Below, one piece after another: positions 13,525 through 25,244 of a stretch of DNA of 64,000 nucleotides (position 1 is its first letter; each line of letters opens with the position of its first letter). The notes below the pieces were generated by a model. It saw only the letters and a program-made list of their open reading frames with translations, was not told where the DNA came from and searched no databases. A program made the translations under genes and the position numbers. The DNA comes from Octopus vulgaris (Eukaryota), in NCBI GenBank assembly GCA_951406725.2, contig OX597816.1:168268001-168332000 (forward strand). The letters are read 5' to 3'.

Positions 13525-16500
13525 GAGAGGAGCGCCAGCCTTGACAGCGGCTGGACATATTCCTCGCTGCTCTGACAATTCAGTAGCCGAAAGTCATAGA
13601 AACACTAATATGACCCAGTTTAGCAACGGGGAAAAATAACTCTCAAAGACTGGAACATCTACAATATCTTGTGAGTATTTAAAATTCTCTTCAAAATAAG
13701 TTAAGAAATCTACAAATTTACATATCTACAGTTTTCAAACATACAATCGATTAGCTTTAAAAACTTTAATACCCACAATTGCCTCTGTAAACATCCTTTT
13801 TTTTTCTTCTCTCTAAAAACATCACGCTTTTCTTTGTGTGGACTTACAAAAGACTATTTTAAAACCTTAAAACTTTCTATGAAAATCTGATTTTTCTTTG
13901 CTTCCTCCCTGAATATTCAAATATGAATGTAAACATATACTTTTTATTGCAAAAACACACCTGTTCTTCTAACTGGACATACAAACATCTCTAGAAAAGT
14001 CAACTTCAACCTTTACAATATTACCTTACTCGAAATATGCAAACACTTTTTATTGCAATAACACAAACGCACATGGAAAAAAAAATAATGATGCTAACAA
14101 ACTATAGATGCTCTCTGGTCGAACACAACTTCTCTATTCACAAATAATACAGAACAGCTCTTCCTTAATTTTTCTTAAGGTTAAGGTCACTGTTCGCCGC
14201 CAGTAGTAGTAGACATTTGAACCTTTTTTTGACCGATAGGACCCCACCTAAGAAAAAAAAAAAAATTACATGAGCCACACTTACCACTACTACTACTACT
14301 GCTGCAGTTACTACTACTACTACTACTGCTACAGGTACTGCTGCTGCTGTAGCTACTACTGCTACTACTACTGCTGCTACTGCTGCTGCTACTACTACTG
14401 CTGCTGCTGCTGCTGCTACTACTACTGCTGCAGTTACTACTACTGCTGCTACTACTGCTACTACTACTACTACTACTGCTACAGGTACTGCTGCTGCTGT
14501 AGCTACTACTGCTACTACTACTGCTGCTACTGCTGCTGCTACTACTACTGCTGCTGCTGCTACTACTACTACTACTGCTGCAGTTACTACTACTGCTGCT
14601 ACTACTGCTACTACTACTACTACTACTGCTGCAGGTACTGCTGCTGCTAGCTACTACTGCTACTACTACTGCTGCTACTGCTGCTGCTACTACTACTGCT
14701 GCTGCTGCTACTACTACTACTACTGCTGCAGTACTACTACTGCTGCTACTACTGCTACTACTACTACTACTACTGCTACAGGTACTGCTGCTGCTGTAGC
14801 TACTACTGCTACTACTACTGCTGCTACTGCTGCTGCTACTACTACTGCTGCTGCTGCTACTACTACTACTACTGCTGCAGTTACTACTACTGCTGCTACT
14901 ACTGCTACTACTACTACTACTACTGCTACAGGTACTGCTGCTACTGTAGCTACTACTGCTACTACTACTGCTGCTACTGCTGCTGCTACTACTACTGCTG
15001 CTACTGCTGCTACTACTACTGCTGCTACTACTGCTGCTGCTACTACTGCTACTACAGGTACTGCTGCTGTTGTAGCTACTACTGCTACTACTACTGCTGC
15101 TACAACTACGACCACTACTGCTGCTGCTGCTACTACTACTACTGCTGCAGTTACTACTACTGCTGCTACTACTGCTGCTGCTGCTGCTACAACTACGACC
15201 ACTACTACTGCTGCTGCTACCACTGCTGCTGCTGTCACTACTACTACTATTGCTACCATTGCTGCTGCTGCCACCGCTGCTGCTGCTACTACTACTAGTA
15301 CTACCACTGCTGCTGCTGAAGCTGTTGCTGCGGCCATTACTATTGCTACTAGCTCTGCTGCTCCAACTGCTGACAATGATATTGCTGCTGCTACAACTAC
15401 TGGGGCCGCTGCAGCTGCTAATGATGATAAATGAGGCCCCTATATGAAAATTAGTGGTTAAGTCTTTTATTTAATTTTTTTTAATCTTTTTTTTTTATTT
15501 AATTTTTTTTTTTTAAATGAAAACTTAATAATAATTTAACTTTACTTGAAAAGAAAATTTCTAACAGTACACCGAATCGCTTGTCCAATGGTTATAAAGG
15601 AAGCGCACCCCTAAGGAGGCTGCCAGCCTGATGGTGAAAAATTTTCAAATGGCAGAATATCTTCCCCGGATACGAACCTGGAAGGTCACTTAAACGGGAT
15701 TTGTCCCAAATTAAGCCCCCAAAGTTCACCACCACAATGACCAGAAAATCAAAAAAGTAAAAGAACTAAATGGAACCTGGAAGAATATAAAGAAGTAATA
15801 TATGCTTATTACTTTGCATTAAGTAGGCCAACCCAAGAAAAACACACCGCAAACTCCTATAGAATTTGGAGGAGCCAGAATCCAGCTAGCTGACCAAACC
15901 TGGATGGAAACAGATTAGCAAATGTTAGAAGAGATATCTTCAGAAATACCAGACTCACAGATGCAGAATTAACCTCTATTAAAAAAGTGGTAGAGAATGA
16001 CCTAAATGTAAGTCAGGAAAGAAATAACGAAGCTGAGGAGAGGAATGTTGGGCCACAAGCATTGACTGAAAGGTGACCATCTGCCGAATCGACTCAAGAT
16101 CCTGAAGAAGAAGGAAAATATGACCCCAGAAAAAACAGCCCGGAAAATGATGTCGAAACAGAATTTGAAAATCACATGTTTGTTGAACAACACAGAAAAT
16201 CTATCATTGAAATGAAGCAAGAAGTTCTGAATGAGCTTGCAGTTGTAGGGCATACAACTATGAATGATAGGGAACCACTCCATAAACTCTCAAATGCACA
16301 TCAACATAAAACACAAATAAAAATTGGCAACTGCGTTACACAGGAAATCATACAACAACTAAAACCCGATCTTAATAAATTAAATGAAATTATTTACTCT
16401 GTCGCTAAGGTAATCGAAAGACGCTGTTTAACACCCAAAAAGCCAACAATACCAAATTCGAAAAGAAAATCAAACTGGAGGAGTAGAATTGAAACTGAAA

Positions 16501-19384
16501 TTGAATCATTGCGAAGAGAGATATCAATATTAACTGAGCTAATCTCTGGAAATGATGTAAGATCAAGAAAAGGCAGGAAGATTGTGAGAAAATATGGACA
16601 CTCAACAAGAGAAGAACTAATGTCAGCGAAAGAAACACTTAAACAAAAAGTTCAAGCAAAAGCTCAGAGAATACGCAGATTTGAGAAAAGAATCAAATTC
16701 TACAAACAAAATAAGATGTTTAAATCCAATGCCAAATCATTTTACAGGGAAATAGGGAAAGAAAAAATAACCATTGAAAATCCACCCCTAATGGAAGAAG
16801 TTGGAAACTTCTGGAAGGGGATCTGGAGTGATGAGAAACCATACAATGAAAATGCAGAGTGGATCAAACGTACCCAAGATAACTACAAAAATCTACAAGA
16901 ACAGGTATGGGAAGACATCTCAATCGCCGACCTAAGGAGAGCACTAACAAAGGCTCATAAGTGGAAATCCCCTGGTATTGATAGAGTACCAAATTTCTGG
17001 CTCTCATCACTCTCGTCCGCACACAAAATGTTAGTAATACTATTTAATAGTATTATGAAAGACCCGAAAAAACACCACATTGGATGGCAAATGGTATTAC
17101 TTACCTCCTCCCCAAAAATAACTAAACGAAAGACCCAAAAAACTATCGGCCTATAACATGTTTATCTACTACCTATAAGATCTTGACATCTATTCTAGTA
17201 GAGAAAACATATACGTTTATGGAAGAGAATAACCTCTTTCCCACTGAACAAAAAGGATGCAGACGAGGCTCATACGGATGCAAAGATCAGCTCCTAATTA
17301 ATCGCATGATCCTTGAGAACTGCCATAACAAGCGCAGAAATCTCAGCTTTTCATGGATTGATTATAAAAAAGCCTTTGACAGCATACCACATTCGTGGAT
17401 TCTGAAATCGCTGGACATTTTCAAAATTTCTCTTGTGATTTCAGATTTTTTGAAGTATAATATGTCCCTATGGAACACGAAGCTCCAATTATATCATTCT
17501 AATGGAGTATTGCACTCAAACAACATTAGCATAAACTGTGGAATTTTCCAAGGTGACTCACTTTCACCACTAATATTCTGCATAGCACTAATACCCCTCT
17601 CAAGTGAACTGAATAGAACAGGATATGGCTACAAAATTGACAAGAAAATAAGCCATCTATTTTATATGGATGACTTAAAGCTATATGGCAAAGATGATGA
17701 AGAGCTTGAAGGATTATTACATACAGTGAAAGGATTCAGTGATGATAACAGGATGGAGTTTGGCCTTGAAAAGTGTGCCAAAGCCACTTTTAAGAAAGGG
17801 AAATTGGTAAAGTCTAGTTCAATCGAATTAGATGTCGAAACAGTAATAAAGGAACTTGAGCAGGAACAAACCTATAAATACCTAGGAATAAATGAAGGCT
17901 CTGGTATCCAGCATGCAAGCATGAAAAAGAAGGTTAGGAAAGAATGTTATAGAAGAGTCCAAGCAGTCCTGAAGTCTGAGCTGAATGCATATAATAAGGT
18001 TTTAGCCATAAATTCCTTGGCAGTACCAGTTGTTCTCTATAGCTTCAATGTGCTTAACTGGAATACTAGTGAAATAATGAAAATTGACAGGAAAATCTGC
18101 AAGCTACTGACTAGTAATAAGATGCACCATCCAAGGCAGACGTGGATTGCCTTTACCTTCCCAGAGGTCAGGGAGGTCGAGGTTTGATCCAACTTGAACT
18201 TACATACAAAACCACCACAATCAGACTGGCCAAATACCTTGAAGCAACCAACGATTGGATGCTAAAACTTGTTGAAAAACATGAAAGACCTAAAAAACTT
18301 CACTCTATTCTCAAAGAGAGCAAAAAATTCGCTGCTGATCTCTTAGATACCCACCAGATTGAGCAGACTGAAAGAAATGCGCCAACTGCAGCTGCAAAGA
18401 AAATAAAATTAATTGCAAAGACAAAAGCACATGAAAATTTAGCTAGTAGATGGGAACAGAAACCTCTCCATGGCAAGTATGTGGCCCGTAGCAAACAAGC
18501 TGATGTCGACCAGAAACACACGCACCAATGGTTATGAAGTTCAGGGCTAAAAGCAGTGAGTGAAGATTTCATATTAGCTGCTCAAGACCAAAGCTTATTT
18601 ACCTGGAACTACCAAGCCAATGTGATGAAAAATGGAGCTGACCCAAAATGCCGATTCTGTAACGATGAGATTGAAACAATAGACCACCTAATCTCAGGGT
18701 GTAGAGTCTTAGCACCTGTAGAATATAAAGCAACACATGACAGAGTTGGCCAGTATTTATTCTGGACAATATGTCGGTATTATAAAATCAAAACCACTGA
18801 CAAATGGTATAAACATCATTCTGAAGCTGTGACTGAAGGAGAAAATGTGTTGATTCTATGGGACTTCCCCGTGCAGACCGACAGGACTATAAAAGCCAAT
18901 AAACTGGATATCATTATAAAAGATCAGACAAAAAAAGTGTGTTTATTAATTGACATGAGTATTCCTTGCGATCACAATATAGCGGCGAAAGAATTTGACA
19001 AGATTAGTAAATATAAAGACCTGCTAATGGAAATTGAAAAAATATGGCATCTCAAGGCGACTACAGTACCAGTGATTGTAGGATCTCTAGGAATGATAAA
19101 AAAAGGTACTGAAACCTATTTGAAAATGATTCCAGGCTTACCATCCCTACAGGAAGTGCAAAAAATCATATTAACTGGAACGGCTCATGTACTGAGAAGA
19201 GCACTATCGCTGTGAAAATAACATCCATCCATGAATTTATTTATTATTAATTTTTAAATACATACTTTATCTGTGAATTTGCGCATGTAATCTGGGAATA
19301 CATACAATGCCCTTCTCTGCCCTAGGTGTATGGAAAACACTCGGCGAGAAATGGAAGAAAATTTGAAGAAAGAAGGAAAAAACA
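13525..19384 (+). mobile_element. Near full-length R4/Dong-clade (RLE) non-LTR retrotransposon, decayed
   Basis: Flanked by (TAA)n at 13456-13524 and 19385-19396. N-terminal RTKWNLEEY...RLANVRRDI segment, RT motifs WKSPGID, EQKG, WIDYKKAFDSIPH, GIFQGDSLSP, HLFYMDDLK and YKYLG, CCHC knuckle CRFC..ETIDHLISGC, and an RLE-type D..I..K..KY.DL domain. The ORF is split by frameshifts and stops and ends at 19215. Confidence 0.9.
14285..15430. repeat. Compound (ACT/GCT)n trinucleotide array with about 150-bp higher-order units
   Basis: The markers gcagtt, acaggt and gtagct recur in fixed order. The array lies inside the LINE 5' region. Confidence 0.9.
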
Positions 19385-19396
19385 TAATAATAATAA

Positions 19397-19757
19397 AACT
19401 AAACTAAAACTAAAACAATACCTGTTGTCATAGGTGCCCTGGGAATGATAGCGAAAGGGGCTGATTGCTACCTAACTCAGATACCAGGAAACCCCAAAAT
19501 GGCAGAAATTCAAAAGATAGTGCTCATGGGAACTGCTCATATCCTATGCAAAATACTTTCTATGTAATCTCAGGGTTTAAAACAAATATAATTTTGGGTT
19601 TTTTTTTTTTTACATTCACTAGTACAACACCAAAAAAAAAAAACCCAAATATATGGCACACTAGGCATAACAACAACATGAAATTCCAACCTGTTGTCTC
19701 TTGAGGTCTCTGGGTGAGACTTGGAGCCAACTTGTAAAAATATAAATTCAAACATAG
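19397..19757 (+). mobile_element. 3' end of a second R4/Dong subfamily
   Basis: TKTIPVVIGALGMIAKG...EIQKIVLMGTAHILCKILSM* parallels the C-terminus of the upstream element. Followed by (AAT)n. Confidence 0.85.
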
Positions 19758-19781
19758 AATAATAATAATAATAATAATAAT

Positions 19782-20336
19782 TGCCCTGATGCAATACCAG
19801 GCAGTGGCTCTCATGCTTTCTGATCTTAACTGATTGGAAGTGTTATCATGTACATTGTTTTGTCTTGGCATAAAAGATGGGCTACAGCAAATATTCTGCT
19901 CAAAACCACAGATTTGCTGGTCAGTTGCTTGACCTTAACAGAGTTGAGCATGTCCCTTAGCGGTTGATGATATGTGCATCTCTGATAACAAGCAGAAATA
20001 GTGAGGGAGCATCATAGCCATGTGTTGAGAGGGATTCTTTGGGGTTTGAATAATTCACCTCTGGAAACATGGGTGTTTCGTTCAACGTCCTTAAACAACC
20101 CTTATTCAGGGACCTTTTGAGCGGGATAGGCTACTCGACCAGAAGAAATTCTAACTGGGCCTCACCTGCAAGGTCATGTGCTGTTTATCTTGATATGAAA
20201 TCACCATGTCATGCACACATGGTTGTGATGCATGTGCCTAGTGTACCCTTATCAGATGGGTAGTCATGATGGGTATACTGGGCTTCGTATATTTTACCCC
20301 AATGTCCCTTTGATGGCATGCACTGCTCTCTCACTC
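19782..20336 (+). mobile_element. Non-coding interspersed repeat flanked by (AAT)n
   Basis: Bounded on both sides by AAT arrays. No credible ORF. Confidence 0.5.
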
Positions 20337-20356
20337 AATAATAATAATAATAATAA

Positions 20357-21640
20357 CATGGAATAAGGAGACGTGTACATCTACTATTTATATTTTACAG
20401 TTATATACAGCACATTACAATGGCCAACACATGTTTCCAATGCTGTGACTGCACATTGTTGCTGCTGTAGCTTTGCAATATTGTCAGTACAGTTTCATCA
20501 GAGTCCGTCCATTTGGTCTTTTTTGATGTAAGCTGATTGAAAGTTTTCGTTAGTTAGTATTCCATAGAAGGTAGGGGTATTGCTATATATAGTTACAAGA
20601 ACCTGACTGAAAGCTTACCTCTGTTGTTGACGGAGGTTGGAGCTTGGTCTTAAAATAGGTCAAGGTTGGGGTTGTTGTTTTTGTAATGCTCTTAGTATGT
20701 CTTAAAAGTTGTGTGTGCTACCTTTTGTTCAGATTGCAGTGTTTACCTAGAAGTATTTTTGTTTGTTTAAATTAAATTTGGGGGGATTGCTCCCTACTTT
20801 ATTAGTATTATGTATTGTGTAATGTATTCATCTATATTGTTCAAAAGTCTATTTGCACGTGTATAGACAATTCAGCGATTGTTCTTGTCTGATGTTTATT
20901 AATGTGTATCTTGAAGTAAACATTTGGTAAAGCTCCTCTACATAGAGGTCACATCCCTTTCCTCCTATTCTATACAGCTTAGCAGTACTAATTATTTCCC
21001 AATTGCTCAAATAGCTCTTTCTTTTGTCTTTAAATGATCAAATTAGTTTACTTAGGCTTGTACTATTTATTTTTTCCCCTATCCCTAAACAAATTCAGGT
21101 GATTAGTGAGTCTTCAGTTGAAAAAAATGAGAGCTATCACCAATTTAAAAGTATTCCCAACCCTCCGAGATAGCTTTAAATCTGTAGACACTGTTCCTGG
21201 TTTTACATTTAGAATCTAATGGACAGATTTTATTTCTTGTACAGTTGCAAAATCCAGTTTGTCTATTTCTATTAATTATTGCATTGTTGACTTCTCTAGG
21301 GAGCTGTTCTAAATCTTTTTCCCTAATTTCCATATTATTTCCAATGCCCCTACTGATGTTCATTTTTTTACTGTTCTTTCTAGCGGTTCAACTTCCACTT
21401 TCAATGCCCATGAGAGAGTTTGTTAGGATTGTTTCCCTTTGCCTGGTCTACTGCTAATATTCCTCTCTGGCTTGGTGTGATCAATTACAGTCTCATAATC
21501 TATATCACTACTGTTACGATTTATTGTTACCTTATTATTTGTATTCTGATTACTAAGATCTTGGAAGTTGCATAGTTTACTTGCATTATGAGTGGCTATT
21601 ATTTATGTGAGATTACAGCTATTGAAAATGATAGTCTAAT
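20357..21640 (-). mobile_element. Penelope-like element 3' part (GIY-YIG endonuclease plus pseudo-LTR)
   Basis: CNCTRNKICPLDSKC...VY linker, then NHLNLFRD...STSLSKLI...WEIISTAK...CDL..EE...LIN, the C-terminal EN of PLEs. The CxC-x5-C linker suggests the Hydra clade (inference). Confidence 0.8.
20418..20515 (-). ncRNA. Hammerhead ribozyme motif, homolog of 22703-22800 (degenerate)
   Basis: Minus strand reads CTGATGA-A-ACTGT...ACAG-CATTG-GAAAC-ATGT-GTT-GGCC. Confidence 0.45.
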
Positions 21641-22040
21641 GTTATGTTTTGTTTAGGGATAGGGGAAAAATAAATAGTGCAAGCCCAAGTAAACTAATTT
21701 GGTCATTTAATGACATAAACAAGTGCTATTTGATTGATTGGGAACTAATTAGTACTGCTAATCTGGATAGAATAGGAGGAAAGAGATGTGACCCCTGCAT
21801 AGACAAGCTTTACCAAATATTTAATTCAAAATACAAATTAATAAACAATATAAATGAATACATAACAAAATATACAATACTGGTAATGTAGGGACCAAAC
21901 CCCTAAAATTAATTTAAACAGACAAAAATAATTCTTGGCAAATACTCTGAGCCAAAGGTAGCACACACAACTTTTAAGGAAAATTAAGAACATTACAAAA
22001 ACAACAACCCCAACCTTGACCTATTTTAAGACCAAGGTCC

Positions 22041-22563
22041 ATCATCATCATTGTTCGACCGTGGTCGAGACAATGGAATTTACCATGCTACGCCAGACTT
22101 CACGGTCCATCATGGCATTACGGGGGTCCTGTTGCTGGATGCCTGTATCCCTGGAGATTACATCAGGGTAGGAGAGTGTGCGCCCTCTGGTATTGCGAGT
22201 AGATGGCTTCCAGAGGAGAAGAGTAGAAATTACCTCGTTTTCAGCTCTACAACAATGTCCAGCAAACTGGACTCTCCTACCTTTCACAAGAGATGACACA
22301 GGTGGTAGTTTCCCATATATTTGCATTTTGGTTGGATGGCGCCTCCACGAGAGATTTTGAGCTCTCATAAGGAGGCGAGTGTAGGTTCCATCCAACCGCC
22401 TCGCAAGCTTCTTTGATAACGTCCAGGTTTCTGAGCCATATAGTAGAATTGGTTCGACTGTGGCTTTGAAGATTTCAAGTTTAAAGTCTCTACTTAGATT
22501 TGATGACCAGATCTTATGCATGTCATTACAGGATGACCAGGCCATACCCTTTCTAGTTAGAAA
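22041..22563 (-). mobile_element. RTE-clade LINE 3' fragment
   Basis: IFKATVEPILLYGSETW...RRVQFAGH...AMMDREVWR, (TGA)n tail, short GTCCA duplication at the ends. Confidence 0.85.
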
Positions 22564-22702
22564 GTCCAACCTCTGTCTACAACAATGGTGAGCTCTCAGT
22601 CAGGTTCTTATAACTATAAATAGCAGTACCTCTACCTTCTACAGAATACTAAATAACAAAAACTTTCTTCAACCAGCTCACTTCAAAAAAAGCCAAAAAG
22701 AC

Positions 22703-22800
22703 CAAATGGACGAACCCTGATGAAATTGCACTGACAATATTGCAAAGTGGCATCTGCAACAATGTACAGTCGCTGCAGTGGAAACGTGTGTAGGTCATTG
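22703..22800 (+). ncRNA. Hammerhead ribozyme motif in PLE pseudo-LTR (predicted)
   Basis: ACC-CTGATGA-A-ATTGCA...TGCAGT-G-GAAAC-GTGT-GTA-GGT, with distal stem I AATG/CATT. Confidence 0.55.
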
Positions 22801-22801
22801 T

Positions 22802-22803
<2 letters not shown>

Positions 22804-22837
<34 letters not shown>

Positions 22838-23239
22838 TTAACGTCCGTTTTCCATGCTAGCATGGGTTGGACGGTTTTGACTGAGGGCTGGTGAACCAGA
22901 TGGCTGCACCAGGCTCCAGTCTTGATCTGGCAGAGTTTCTACAGCTGGATGCCCTTCCTAATGCCAACCACTCCGAGAGTGTAGTGGGTGCTTTTTACGT
23001 GCCACCTGCACGAGGGCCAGTCAGGCAGTACTGGCAATGACCTCACTCGAATCTTTTTACACATGCCACCAGCACAGGTGCCAGTGAAACGACGTTGGAA
23101 ACGATCACATTTGAATGGTGCCCTTTTACGTGCCACAGGTACGGAAGCCAGTTGGCTGCTCTGGCAATAATCACAACGATCATGCTCGGATGGTGTTCTT
23201 GGCACCCTACTAGCACAGGCATAAGCGCCAGTAAGGCAC
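22804..23239 (-). mobile_element. RTE 3' UTR fragment with (GAT)n tail
   Basis: Family of 56430-56943, with a TTGTAAT target duplication. Confidence 0.85.
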
Positions 23240-23290
23240 TTGTAATGTGCTGTATATAGCTGTAAAATAAAAATAGTGGATGTACAAGTT

Positions 23291-23328
<38 letters not shown>

Positions 23329-23716
23329 TATTATAATTATTACTATTATTATGATTATTATTATTATATAAGTTATAATTAATATTAAAGTTTAGATATG
23401 AAACTTTAAAATTTAGCATCCAAACCTTATGTTGGGAATGTCCCTTGTAGTGTACCAGGAGAGCACATTCACCACTTACAGCTTCCAGGTGTCATCTACG
23501 GTAAATGCAGTTTTGTCACTGAATCTACATTAAGAATTCTTCTCTGCCCATTGAGTATATTCTAAATGATTGATACAGAAGGCAGAGGGCACTGGAAACT
23601 TTGTTTATCGCAATGTTCATTTCAGCATACATCTGCACTGCTACCTAGTGGGTGGGGAATGATATAATGAAATCAAATGCACCCCCACTAGCAGAAGAAA
23701 CGTCATCAAGTGACAG

Positions 23717-24010
23717 TGGAGGCACATGGCCTAGTGGTTAGAGCAGCGGACTCGCGGTCGAGGGATTTTGGGTTCGAATCTCAGACCGGGCGATGTGTGT
23801 GTTTATGAGCGAAAACACCTAAGCTCCACGCGGCTCCAGCAGAAGGTAATGGCGAACTTCTGCTGACTCTTTCACCACAACTTTCTTGGCGTATAGGTTC
23901 CCCACCTGCAACGGGCCGGCGTCCCATCCAGGTGGGGAACCTATATGCCAAGAAACCGGGAAACCGGCCCTTATGAGCCAGGCATGGCTCGAGAAAGAAC
24001 AAATAAACAA
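23717..24010 (+). mobile_element. tRNA-derived SINE family C
   Basis: Head tggcctagtggttagagcagcgg...ggttcgaatc, aaac tail, 12-bp TSD CATCAAGTGACA. Confidence 0.85.
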
Positions 24011-24568
24011 CATCAAGTGACACAATAGGTTTCGAAGTTATAAAATTTACATTTCGCTCATAAGTGTAGTTGGGTTATGTTGGTAGTATTGGTGTGTTGG
24101 CAGTAGTTGGTTCTTAAATGCATTGATGGAGCAGAATAACTGTGGTGTGTATTCAGGACACTACAGGCAGGAAGTGGTTGATAAAAAATACAAAAAATAG
24201 AATGCCAAGACTAAAGAGGTAGATCTTAATGGCTTTGGAATGGAAGCTGCTCTAAGGGGTGCAGAGTCCTTGGATGTCTGATGATGCCTGTCAGGTGTGA
24301 TGACATGGTCAAGAATTTGCTGGGGGTGTGGTTCACATCTTCTGATTTGATGGCTACTTAATGACTCTATTGCACATATCAGTATCCCAACATACACCAA
24401 TTCACACTTGCGCCTATATAGACACATACTGGTACACATACATATGCACTCTCATTTATACATGCTCATGCCATTCAACATATTTACCTAGACTCATCCA
24501 TCTATTTATATATACATACATACATATATATATGTGTGTGTGTGTATACTGTATATATACATATATAT

Positions 24569-25048
24569 AGGGTGTCCCAAAATTAAGGCAACCGACTTTT
24601 TTTTAAATTTTGCCAAAGCAAAATATTGTTATATTTTGGGTTTGAGTGTTGCAATGCAATGGTAAAGGAAACGCAGTTACAACACTACCACATTCATTCA
24701 ATATGACCACATAGGAATGAGAACCCAGGTTTGAAATTTCCCCAAGACACCCGATGAAGGCTGGAGGGTATATCAGCCGAAATGTTGTGTTAACAACAAA
24801 CAAGATGAGAACAAATATCCATCAAATGTAAATAATATAAAATAATATGACCATTTGTTTCAAATCACAGCTTTCAGGTTAAATGCAAATGCTTCACACA
24901 CAGCACATAGCTGCTTTTGCATAATCAAAGCCAATTCTTGGTGCAGTTTTGCTTTCAGAGCATCAAGCAAAGCATGAAGGGTACTTGAGACCCTTGTCTC
25001 CAAAATGGACCAAACAGAAAAATCCAATGGGTTGAGATTGGGGCACAC
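24569..25048 (-). mobile_element. Tc1/mariner (maT-like) transposase C-terminus and TIR
   Basis: CPNLNPLDFSVWSILE...LKAVI*TNGHIE, with TIR agggtgtcccaaaatt next to (TA)n. Confidence 0.75.
24746..24791 (+). ncRNA. Minimal hammerhead motif (degenerate)
   Basis: GACAC-CCGATGA-A-GGCTG-loop-CAGCC-GAAA-TGTT-GTGTT. Core deviates at U4 and in stem III. Confidence 0.5.
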
Positions 25049-25244
25049 GTTTGTTTGTTTGTTTTAGATTGGAAACAAAGTCTTATTGCATTAATGACAT
25101 AATCTCTTTGATACTTACAGTAGAATATGCATTAATTTTACATTCTAATGTTTTTCTTCCTTTGCAGATTATTTTATACCAGAGTGGTTAAATTAGTATT
25201 AGTTTTCCTCTTTTAAATGAGTTTAGATTAGATCAATGTCAGAT

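Larger units (their letters stand above)
21645..23293 (+). mobile_element. Inverted partner copy of the same Penelope-like element, interrupted by two RTE insertions
   Basis: FRDRGKINSASPSKLIWSF...WELISTA...CDPC. Segments 21900-22040, 22564-22803 and 23240-23293 are reverse complements of 20357-20790. Confidence 0.8.

Noticed and set aside
14270-15376. Cys/Tyr-rich (+) and Val/Ala-rich (-) ORFs as genes
   Set aside because: They are alternative frames of the ACT/GCT array, with no other coding evidence.
23725-23790. tRNA genes at SINE heads (also 5465, 28808, 43812)
   Set aside because: A and B boxes are present, but there is no closed cloverleaf and they continue into SINE bodies, mostly with TSDs.
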